DNA from: Candidatus Omnitrophota bacterium
GTDB lineage: Bacteria > Omnitrophota > Gorgyraeia > Gygaellales > Profunditerraquicolaceae
Assembly: GCA_049517335.1 (NCBI GenBank)
Contig: JBEKSD010000017.1
Location: forward strand, 1 to 54,126
DNA length: 54,126 bases
Direction of reading: 5' to 3'
The notes beneath the pieces are model-generated. The model was given only the letters and a program-made list of their open reading frames with translations. It had not been told where the DNA came from and searched no databases. Below are positions 7,589 to 15,042 of this stretch, piece after piece; position 1 is the stretch's first letter, and each line of letters starts with the position of its first letter. Both the position numbers and the translations under genes were made by a program.

Positions 7589-8359
7589 GTGAAAGAAATA
7601 GATACCCTTATTCCTGTAGATTCAACTAAGATTGATAAATTGCATAATGATTTATCAGAAAAACTAAAATATTTATTTTCTTCTCCGGATTTTCAAAAAG
7701 AAGTAAACAAGATTAGAGGCAAATTCAATATTCGGGCTTACGGAATAAAAAGATTCTTGTCCGTTGGAGATAAAGTTTCAAAATTAGAAGAAAGAAAAAA
7801 TCTGGAAAAGTTTAATAATTTATTATCTCTTATGTATGATAATAGAGATTTGAAGGCACTCCATATCAAGAAAAAAAGCAGAAAAGACGCTTATCAGAAA
7901 TCGATAAGAAAAATTAGGATGATGTTTAATCTTCCGATAAGATTTCAAAAGTCATTAGCCGACGCTTTTATCCCATACGGAAGATTGCCTAATATTTATA
8001 GTCATTCTGTTTCATGCATCATAAGAGTTTACGACGATTGCGGAGAGAAAAGATTATTTATTGAAGTATTTGGCGATACTAAAAAACAGGATGTCGTCCG
8101 TGCTTGGAAGTATGTAGAATCAATCAAAACTTTGCCAGATGTTAAAGACATTAAGAAAAAGAAACACAAATTTAACGGAGGGCACTTATTTAGATATAAA
8201 GACTATTACAAACATAGATTGATAGATTCTGGCCAGAAACCAGTTGATATAATGGGCTTCCAGAAATCTCAAGATGAGTTTACCGACCTTCCTAACTTCA
8301 GAAAGAATATTTACAAATATAGATACCGAAAGCACTTAAATAAATATTACAGCAAATAG
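7589..8359 (+). CDS. Hypothetical basic protein, possibly the element regulator
   Basis: 256-aa Lys-rich ORF with GAGG upstream; no motif recognised. Confidence 0.6.
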   Translation: MKEIDTLIPVDSTKIDKLHNDLSEKLKYLFSSPDFQKEVNKIRGKFNIRAYGIKRFLSVGDKVSKLEERKNLEKFNNLLSLMYDNRDLKALHIKKKSRKDAYQKSIRKIRMMFNLPIRFQKSLADAFIPYGRLPNIYSHSVSCIIRVYDDCGEKRLFIEVFGDTKKQDVVRAWKYVESIKTLPDVKDIKKKKHKFNGGHLFRYKDYYKHRLIDSGQKPVDIMGFQKSQDEFTDLPNFRKNIYKYRYRKHLNKYYSK

Positions 8360-8399
8360 CGATTTGCTGTAATTGGCAGCCTCAAATAAATATAGTAAG

Positions 8400-8430
8400 C
8401 TCCTTGTTGTAAGCGACAAGGAGTTTTTTA
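8400..8430 (+). terminator. Intrinsic terminator
   Basis: CTCCTTGTTG-TAAG-CGACAAGGAG followed by TTTTTT. Confidence 0.7.
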
Positions 8431-8431
8431 T

Positions 8432-8638
8432 TTGAACATTTTAACTAAAGAACAGGAAATTCAAGAATGGTCAAAGCTCTATGGAAGGCAAATCTCCGAG
8501 GAGGAATTTGCGGAGATATGCTTTAACCTTAATGGATTTTTCTCAACCTTAAAAGAATGGGCTGATGAAGAAAGGATGAAGTTAGAAAATGAGCGAACTT
8601 GTAGTGTCGGAAATTCAGATAATTCCAGTCAAACCTAA
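8432..8638 (+). CDS. Small hypothetical protein
   Basis: 68 aa, TTG start; W...YG..IS.EE..EI..NL.GFF pattern resembles small proteins of integrated elements. Confidence 0.55.
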   Translation: MNILTKEQEIQEWSKLYGRQISEEEFAEICFNLNGFFSTLKEWADEERMKLENERTCSVGNSDNSSQT

Positions 8639-8909
8639 AGACGGTCTTGTTTCTTTTGCCTCTTGCGTTATAAATAATCAATTGTATCTTGGTAACATAG
8701 CAATCTATTCATCCCTTTCTTCCCCCGATGGCTTTCGCCTCGTTTATCCTTCACGAGCAGCAAACGGAACGCAATTAAGCATAGCGCATCCAATCACAAA
8801 AGAAGCTGGTCTTGCGATTCAAAAACAAATTGTTGAAAGATACATAAAACTTATGGAAGATTTAACGAAAGGAGATAGCGCAAATGGACGAGAGCCGCCA
8901 AATTCTTAG
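8589..8909 (+). CDS. SpoVG-family nucleic-acid-binding protein
   Basis: SEIQI.P...GL..FAS......L....IAI...F.L.YPSR...AHPITKE matches the SpoVG pattern. Confidence 0.75.
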   Translation: MSELVVSEIQIIPVKPKDGLVSFASCVINNQLYLGNIAIYSSLSSPDGFRLVYPSRAANGTQLSIAHPITKEAGLAIQKQIVERYIKLMEDLTKGDSANGREPPNS

Positions 8910-9192
8910 AGATTTTGCAAAATCCGGATCAATGTTTTTTAAACTCGAAGACGGGGATGAGAAAACGGTTAGATTTCTTTCTTTTGAAAAAGCACCTAAT
9001 AACTTTGACGGAGGTAAAACTACTCTTATCCGCTATCACTTAGAGGTTGATGGCGTAAAAAAGTTATGGGATAGGCCTTCGCATAAATTAGCAGAGCAAA
9101 TGGCAGAAATTCCTTTTGGCGCACTGATTAAAATTAAAAGAACAGGCCAAAAAAATCAAACTAAGTATTTTATAGAAGAGATTAAAGAATGA
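8884..9192 (+). CDS. Putative phage-type ssDNA-binding (OB-fold) protein
   Basis: FFKLEDGDEKTVRFL and IKIKRTG...TKY resemble phage SSB-like proteins. Confidence 0.5.
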   Translation: MDESRQILRDFAKSGSMFFKLEDGDEKTVRFLSFEKAPNNFDGGKTTLIRYHLEVDGVKKLWDRPSHKLAEQMAEIPFGALIKIKRTGQKNQTKYFIEEIKE

Positions 9193-9377
9193 GATTTTCC
9201 AAGCCCCTGTCATTTTTTCATCGCTCTGACCTGCTTACTCTTGTCAACGATGACCTATACAAGCATTCAGGGGCTTGGATATATTTCAAGGAGTTAGTTA
9301 TTGAGTATGCTTGGTAGGGATAAAGAGTAAGAGTATAAGCTAAAGACAATAGTTATCTATATAGAATAAAGAGGTGA

Positions 9378-9593
9378 TTGATGTTGACTCCGGTTAAAGC
9401 CATCAGGGCAAAGTGCCTTGACTGTTCTGGTTTCCAGCCTTCGGAGGTTAGGCGCTGCGAAAGTGAGGATTGCCCTCTCTTTCCTTACCGGCTCGGCAAG
9501 AATCCAAACAGGGTTGGCATTAAAAAATTAGGTTATTCTGATGAAAAAGAGCCTACTCAGCTAAAGATTACTACTCAAACAGGGCTTGTTTGA
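9378..9593 (+). CDS. Small Cys4 zinc-binding phage-type protein
   Basis: TPVKAIRAKCLDCSG.....VRRC....CPLFPYRLGKNP. Confidence 0.7.
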   Translation: MMLTPVKAIRAKCLDCSGFQPSEVRRCESEDCPLFPYRLGKNPNRVGIKKLGYSDEKEPTQLKITTQTGLV

Positions 9594-9668
9594 TTAACTC
9601 TGCTTAGACAGTATTAGCAAGATAGATAATTAGAAAAACTTGAGTTGAGCAAGACAAAAGGACAAAAA

Positions 9669-9818
9669 ATGAGCATAAAAAACAGGTTAAAGAAGGTTGA
9701 GAGTAAAATTATACAAGAAGATAAAGTTAATAATTTATCAATTGCGGAGATGCTAAAAGAGGCTAGAGAACGGCATTTTAAACCGGTAGTATCTAAGGTC
9801 GAAAATAAGCCAGATTAA
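9669..9818 (+). CDS. Small hypothetical protein, 49 aa (absent from the ORF track)
   Basis: AGGA RBS then MSIKNRLKKVESKIIQEDK...; N-terminus resembles that of 10246..10506. Confidence 0.55.
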   Translation: MSIKNRLKKVESKIIQEDKVNNLSIAEMLKEARERHFKPVVSKVENKPD

Positions 9819-9820
9819 AT

Positions 9821-9850
9821 ATTTTCTAACAGTTTCTAACGATTTTTAAC
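9821..9850 (+). repeat. Three tandem 10-bp direct repeats
   Basis: ATTTTCTAAC AGTTTCTAAC GATTTTTAAC. Confidence 0.7.
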
Positions 9851-9868
9851 GAATTTCGAGGGTTTAGT

Positions 9869-10249
9869 ATGAATACAGAATATAAATTAACTACCCGACA
9901 GCTTGTAGTAATAAATCATCTGATTTGCGCATCTTCTATTGAAGAGGTTTCCCGAAACGCAAAAGTCAGTAAGCCTACACTCTACAAATGGCTCAAGGAT
10001 GAAGCTTTTAAAGCGGAGTTAAAGCGTCAAAGGGATGAAGTTGTTAAGGAAAGTTTAAATCGTCTAAAACACGCAACAATGAAAGCAACAGAAGGACTCA
10101 TTAAACTAATAGATTCTTCTCGGCCAGAGTTACGTAGATGGGTTTGTAAAGATATTATTGACTATGCGCTAAAGAGCGTAGAGCTTGAGGACATTGAGGA
10201 AAGGTTAGACAAAGTGGAAAGGGTTATTTTAGGGGGTCTTTATAAATGA
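9869..10249 (+). CDS. HTH protein, terminase-small-subunit-like
   Basis: SIEEVSRNAKVSKPTLYKWLKDEAFKAEL HTH followed by a helical oligomerisation-like region. Confidence 0.6.
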   Translation: MNTEYKLTTRQLVVINHLICASSIEEVSRNAKVSKPTLYKWLKDEAFKAELKRQRDEVVKESLNRLKHATMKATEGLIKLIDSSRPELRRWVCKDIIDYALKSVELEDIEERLDKVERVILGGLYK

Positions 10250-10506
10250 GTAATCTTAAAACAAGGCTTAAAAGAATGGAAGATAAAATTGGGTTATCCG
10301 AAAACGAGAGTTACTGGTTTATTATATATGGATATAAGACTTTATCTGACTGTGAGCGTAAAGGAATTGCTTATTATTGTAAGGGAAATATTGGCGGAGG
10401 AATAATAATCTGGAGGATGCAAGGAAAGAAATTTATAGAGCAAATCGATTCTAATTCCGAACGAGGCCAGAAGATTCTTGAGGAAAATGGGTATAAAAAA
10501 TGTTAA
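10246..10506 (+). CDS. Hypothetical protein
   Basis: 86 aa; start overlaps the upstream stop. Confidence 0.6.
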   Translation: MSNLKTRLKRMEDKIGLSENESYWFIIYGYKTLSDCERKGIAYYCKGNIGGGIIIWRMQGKKFIEQIDSNSERGQKILEENGYKKC

Positions 10507-10534
10507 ATTTTACTCCGAATAGTAGTATAATAAT

Positions 10535-10730
10535 GCTGTGCTTCAGAGGAACAATCTCCAGAGGCATATACAATTTGGTTCATCGCTATACCTTAAAGAG
10601 GATATAAGGCCTCTAACTTCTAAGTAAGGTAAGCTGCACCACTGCCCGTAAGGGCAGGGGGAAATGCAGTCTTATCGGATTTACTTAGAAGTTGCCGGTA
10701 GGAATATGCGCCCCCTTTTAATTGGGGGGT
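10535..10730 (+). ncRNA. Candidate structured leader or ncRNA
   Basis: 79-nt hairpin 10615-10693 with a 13-bp perfect basal stem, capped by CTGCCC-GTAA-GGGCAG; additional smaller hairpins; TATAAT upstream at 10526. Confidence 0.45.
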
Positions 10731-10752
10731 AGAGAAGCTTAAGAGGGGGAAT

Positions 10753-11337
10753 ATGAAAAAACTTATTATATTTTTATTTATTATTCTTACTATTGCATTT
10801 TGCCCCATTCTCGCATTAGCCGATAGCGATACATTTTGGCAAGAACAAAAAGCGGAAATGGATATATTCAATACTCAAATGGCTCAATTGAAGGCTATGA
10901 CTGAACAGGTGCAGAGCAATAGAAGACAGGAACAGAGCAACAAAGAATGGGAGTTATACAAAGCATATCTTAATGGGGATTACAGCCCCGAAGCAGAGAC
11001 AGCATTTTATAATAAAGTAGGTCAGCCAACAGAAATCGCAATTAAAAACGCCTTGCCAGAAATAAAAAAGGCATATAATTTGCCAACGGGGAGCGGGAGC
11101 GACCTATACGCAAGTGAGATTTGGCTAAATAATTATTTCTTAAATTCAGGGGTTAGAACAAAGGAAGAACACGATAAAGTTGAAAAAACCTTGACCCGTG
11201 ATTTTTGTTTAGTAGCTAATCTTGAAACTCTCGCTATGAGGTTAGAATACGGGATAATAACAAAAGATGAATTTAATAAAGAGAGAAAAGAGGAAATTTA
11301 TGACTACAAAAATAAAAGGGGGAATTATTCAGAATGA
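10753..11337 (+). CDS. Secreted hypothetical protein
   Basis: GAGGGGG RBS; signal peptide ending ALA. Confidence 0.75.
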   Translation: MKKLIIFLFIILTIAFCPILALADSDTFWQEQKAEMDIFNTQMAQLKAMTEQVQSNRRQEQSNKEWELYKAYLNGDYSPEAETAFYNKVGQPTEIAIKNALPEIKKAYNLPTGSGSDLYASEIWLNNYFLNSGVRTKEEHDKVEKTLTRDFCLVANLETLAMRLEYGIITKDEFNKERKEEIYDYKNKRGNYSE

Positions 11338-11383
11338 CGAAGGTAAGAGTAAGAGATAGGTCAAAATAAGCCCAGAAAATAAA

Positions 11384-12886
11384 ATGAAATCCATTATCTA
11401 CGCCAGAGTATCAAGTAAAGAACAAGAACAGGAAGGCTACTCTATTCCGGCTCAGTTAAAATTACTAAACGATTACGCCTCAAAGAATGGTTATAAAGTA
11501 GTTAAGGAATTTGTAGATGTAGAGACTGCCAAGCGTGCCGGTAGAGAAAACTTTAACTTGATGATTGAGTTTCTAAAGAAGAATACGGATGTTAAGGCTA
11601 TTCTCTGCGAAAAAACAGATAGGCTTTCAAGGAATTTTAGGGATATTGCTATTCTTGACGACTTGGTTAATCAACAGACTTTAAATATAATTTTGGTTAA
11701 AGAAAATACTACTATTAGTCGAGATTCTAAATCTCACGAAAAATTTATCTTTGGTATTAAAGCGTTAATGGCTAAAAACTATATAGACAATCTCTCCGAA
11801 GAAACCCGTAAAGGTATGATTGAGAAAGCAGAACAAGGCATCTACCCTTCTGCTGCCCCGCTTGGCTATAAGAACTGCGAAGCAAAGAATGACGGAAAGG
11901 TTTTGAAGTATTTAGAAATTGACGAGCAAAGGGCTCCAATACTTCAAAAAGTCTTTAGGATGTATGCAACAGGCGATTATTCTCTGGCTTATCTTACCAA
12001 GCAGGCTTATGAAGAAGGATTGCGTAATAAACGAGGCACTAAAGTATATAAATCAGCAATACACAAGATATTAAAAAATCCCATCTATTACGGTGCTTTC
12101 ATCTGGTATGGCAAGCTATATCAAGGCTCACACCCTGCTCTTGTCTCTAAAGAGCTATTTGACGCAGTGCAAGAGACATTTGAGGCGCAAAACAGGCCTA
12201 AACAGACTAAGAGGCACTTTGCTTATACCGGCCTTATGGTATGCGGTAAGTGTGGATGCGCTATAACTGCGGAGATTAAAAAGGGCAAATATATTTATTA
12301 TCACTGCACGGGATTTAAGGGTAAATGCGGAAATTCTTGGGTGTCGGAAAAAGTATTAGAGGATAAGTTTACGGAGGTAGTCAACAAAATACAAATAGGT
12401 GATGATGTATTAGAAAGAATTAAAAACGCTCTCTTATTAAGCCATAAGGAAGAACGGGAATTTCACGATAAGCGAATGAAAATTCTCCAAGAGCAACACA
12501 ATAAGCTTCAGCACCGCTTAGACCAGATTTACATTGATAAGATAGACAATAAGATTAGCGAGAACTTCTATGATGAAAAGGCTGACGCTTGGCAGGAAGA
12601 ACAAAAGGAATTATTAAGACAGATTGAGAAACATCAGAACTCAAACGCTAATTACTTCGCTCAGGGCGTCCATATTCTAGAACTCTGTAACCGTGCTAAT
12701 AGCTTATACTTACACAATACACCCACAAAAAGAGCTAAACTACTACATTATATACTATCGAACTGCTCTCTTAATGACGCAACTCCATATCCTACATACA
12801 GAAAGCCCTTCGAATTAATTGTCAAAGGGCTCTCATCTAAAGATTGGCTCCCCCTCGAGGACTCGAACCTCGGACCTGGTGGTTAA
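11384..12886 (+). CDS. Large serine recombinase (resolvase, recombinase and zinc-ribbon domains); last 14 codons are antisense to tRNA-Asn
   Basis: YARVSS catalytic Ser, DRLSRN, PLGY, LKNPIYYG, CGKCG...YYHC; ends KDWLPLEDSNLGPGG*. Confidence 0.97.
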   Translation: MKSIIYARVSSKEQEQEGYSIPAQLKLLNDYASKNGYKVVKEFVDVETAKRAGRENFNLMIEFLKKNTDVKAILCEKTDRLSRNFRDIAILDDLVNQQTLNIILVKENTTISRDSKSHEKFIFGIKALMAKNYIDNLSEETRKGMIEKAEQGIYPSAAPLGYKNCEAKNDGKVLKYLEIDEQRAPILQKVFRMYATGDYSLAYLTKQAYEEGLRNKRGTKVYKSAIHKILKNPIYYGAFIWYGKLYQGSHPALVSKELFDAVQETFEAQNRPKQTKRHFAYTGLMVCGKCGCAITAEIKKGKYIYYHCTGFKGKCGNSWVSEKVLEDKFTEVVNKIQIGDDVLERIKNALLLSHKEEREFHDKRMKILQEQHNKLQHRLDQIYIDKIDNKISENFYDEKADAWQEEQKELLRQIEKHQNSNANYFAQGVHILELCNRANSLYLHNTPTKRAKLLHYILSNCSLNDATPYPTYRKPFELIVKGLSSKDWLPLEDSNLGPGG

Positions 12887-12920
12887 CAGCCACTCGCTCT
12901 ACCGACTGAGCTAAGGGGGA
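12845..12920 (-). tRNA. tRNA-Asn(GTT)
   Basis: TCCCCCTTAGCTCAGTCGGTAGAGCGAGTGGCT-GTT-AACCACCAGGTCCGAGGTTCGAGTCCTCGAGGGGGAGCCA; 76 nt with encoded CCA. Confidence 0.97.
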
Positions 12921-12932
12921 ATAGTGTTAAAT

Positions 12933-12960
12933 ATTTTACACTAAATAAACACCCCGTCAA
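12933..12960 (-). promoter_or_regulatory. tRNA promoter
   Basis: TTGACG-16 bp-TAAAAT, 12 bp upstream of the tRNA 5' end. Confidence 0.65.
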
Positions 12961-13047
12961 GCAAAAAGCCTTTAAAACCCTAAGCCAAATTATATTGCGG
13001 ACGACTGTTATTTAAGGTAAAATCTAAAGAAAAAGGGAGGTGTTCAA

Positions 13048-13227
13048 ATGATCGATATCGAGGTCTTAAAACTGACTTTGGCAAAAGAAGAAGACGCAAT
13101 AAGGGTATATAAAGGGTTATTAATTAACCATCCCAATGTTAAGGAATTACTCTCTTTATTGGTTACGGAGGAGCAAAAACATAAGGCGTTGATAGAGAAA
13201 AAAATCGCCGAGTTAATGCACTATTGA
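13048..13227 (+). CDS. Small half-ferritin/rubrerythrin-like protein, 59 aa (absent from the ORF track)
   Basis: GGGAGG RBS; LAKEEDAIRVY...LLVTEEQKHKALI contains the E..A...Y and EExxH motifs. Confidence 0.7.
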   Translation: MIDIEVLKLTLAKEEDAIRVYKGLLINHPNVKELLSLLVTEEQKHKALIEKKIAELMHY

Positions 13228-13247
13228 TAAATAACAGGAGGAAAACC

Positions 13248-14195
13248 ATGAAGAAAATCCTCGTTGTATTAATAGTAATTATAATTGCGTTCTTTACAAT
13301 AGGTATCCTTAAGGACCAGATCATTAAATCCGTAGTAACTGTTGTCGCAACCCAAGTTACCGGCGCCCCGGTGCATATTGACGGGTTTTCTTTAGGTTTA
13401 TTCAAACATTCCATACGCATATCGGCATCCAGAATGTTTAATCCTTCCGGATTCCCCAGAGGCATTCTCGTAGATTTGCCGAGAATCAATGTTGATTACG
13501 ATTTGAGCGCCCTATTAAGGAAGAAATTACATTTGTTCAATGTAGAAGTTGAATTAAAAGAAATGGATCTAGTAAGAAACAAGGAAGGCAAATTAAATGT
13601 TGATGCGTTAAAGGTAGTAGAGGAAGGTAAAAATAAGCAAGGCAAACCATCCGGGCAGATGCCCTTGCAAATTGATATGCTTAAACTTGGCATGGGGAGG
13701 ATTATCCTTAAAGATTATAGCTCAGAGAAAGAACCTGTAGTCAAGGTATATGATATAAAGCTGCACAAGGGTTACAAAAATATAACCAGCACTCAACAGT
13801 TAACTGCGCTTATTTTGACAGAACCCATGAAGGCTGCCGGTATACAGGGTGCGCAAATTTACGGGGTTGCGATGTTGGCGGGAGTGGCGGTTTTTCCTGT
13901 TGCGCTGGCAGCCACATTTACCGGAAAAGACAGTGCGGCCCAAGATTTTGCGGTTGATTTTGATAAGGTTTACAATACTAGTTTAGCGGTTTTAAGGCGC
14001 ATGGGTAAGGTTGCCAAAGAAGATAGAAACAAGGGGATGATAAACGCTGAAGTTAATTCTGCCAAGGTAGAATTGAGGGTTAATAAAAAAGTAGGCAATA
14101 AAACCGAAGTATTTGTTTCTGCCAGAAGATATTTGCTGCCGCGTCCGGAAGTAGCAGGAGGGATACTTTATGAGATTAGTGAGAAGTTAAAATAA
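13248..14195 (+). CDS. AsmA-family-like membrane-anchored protein
   Basis: AGGAGG RBS before ATG 13248; N-terminal TM; NPSGF and L.....EGKLNVD motifs. Confidence 0.65.
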   Translation: MKKILVVLIVIIIAFFTIGILKDQIIKSVVTVVATQVTGAPVHIDGFSLGLFKHSIRISASRMFNPSGFPRGILVDLPRINVDYDLSALLRKKLHLFNVEVELKEMDLVRNKEGKLNVDALKVVEEGKNKQGKPSGQMPLQIDMLKLGMGRIILKDYSSEKEPVVKVYDIKLHKGYKNITSTQQLTALILTEPMKAAGIQGAQIYGVAMLAGVAVFPVALAATFTGKDSAAQDFAVDFDKVYNTSLAVLRRMGKVAKEDRNKGMINAEVNSAKVELRVNKKVGNKTEVFVSARRYLLPRPEVAGGILYEISEKLK

Positions 14196-14205
14196 GAAGA
14201 TAGAT

Positions 14206-15042
14206 TCAGAGGCCGGATAAATATTCCGTTATCTTACGTATAGACTCTTTGGGGGTTGAGGCTCCGGTAGTAACGCCTACCGATTTCAGGTCTTTAAAAT
14301 ACCCGCGTTTTAATTCTTTACTTGAATTTACCCAAAAGGTGCGCTTATTAAGGGATTTGGAAATTTCATAAAGCCGTTTTGTGTTAGCGCTTTTTTTAGA
14401 GCCGATAATTACCATTGCGTCATTTTTCAAAGGCAGGCATTTTATCTCCTCTTGCTTGATACGCGTAGGCCGGCAAATAGTGTTATAGAATTTAAGTTCG
14501 GGTATGTAATTTCTTAATTTCCCCAAAATCTTTAAAACTTTTTCAATATTCTGGGTGGATTGCACTACTACCGCCGCTCTTTTTATCTTTTTAACCGCCG
14601 AAACCGGTATTTTATTTTTATCATCAATAATAACGGCTTTTTTCTTCAATTGGCCGACTATGCCCTGTACCTCATCGTGTTTTTTGTCCCCGATCACGAT
14701 AATATCAAATCCTTCATTCTCCGCATCTTGCGCAATCTTGTGAATTTCCTTGACCATAGGGCATGTTGCGTCAATTATGTTATAACCTAAGCTTTTCGCT
14801 TTTTTAAATGTCGCAAAGGAAGCGCCGTGAGCGCGTATAAGCAAGGTTTTTCCCCGTCCCGAGGTGAGGTGACTGATCTTTTTTATTCCGGTTTTCTTTA
14901 TCAGTCTTACCACATTTTCGTTATGTACGATATCGCCAAGCATAAAAATATTATTTTTGCTTTTTACCTGCCGCAGGGCGATATTCAGCGCCCTTTGGAC
15001 CCCGAAACAAAACCCGGCTGATTTTGCCAAGTTTACTTTCAT
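14206..15042 (-). CDS. ispH: 4-hydroxy-3-methylbut-2-enyl diphosphate reductase
   Basis: AGFCFGV, IVHN, RAHG, DATCP, NTIC, SANT and GASTP motifs. Confidence 0.96.
   Translation of the reverse strand: MKVNLAKSAGFCFGVQRALNIALRQVKSKNNIFMLGDIVHNENVVRLIKKTGIKKISHLTSGRGKTLLIRAHGASFATFKKAKSLGYNIIDATCPMVKEIHKIAQDAENEGFDIIVIGDKKHDEVQGIVGQLKKKAVIIDDKNKIPVSAVKKIKRAAVVVQSTQNIEKVLKILGKLRNYIPELKFYNTICRPTRIKQEEIKCLPLKNDAMVIIGSKKSANTKRLYEISKSLNKRTFWVNSSKELKRGYFKDLKSVGVTTGASTPKESIRKITEYLSGL

Larger units (their letters stand above)
7467..12853 (+). mobile_element. ~5.4-kb integrative element (phage-satellite-like) inserted at the tRNA-Asn 3' end by a large serine recombinase
   Basis: Bounded by CTCCCC cores at 7467 and 12848; carries LSR, SpoVG-like, SSB-like, Zn-finger and HTH/TerS-like genes; no capsid or tail genes. 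Confidence 0.8.

Noticed and set aside
10612-10697. attC site (TAAC...GTT hairpin)
   Set aside because: Ends do not fit RYYYAAC/GTTRRRY and there is no unpaired spacer between R and L boxes; a GNRA-capped RNA stem fits better.
7467-12853. Complete prophage
   Set aside because: Only 5.4 kb, with no capsid, portal, large terminase, tail or lysis genes.
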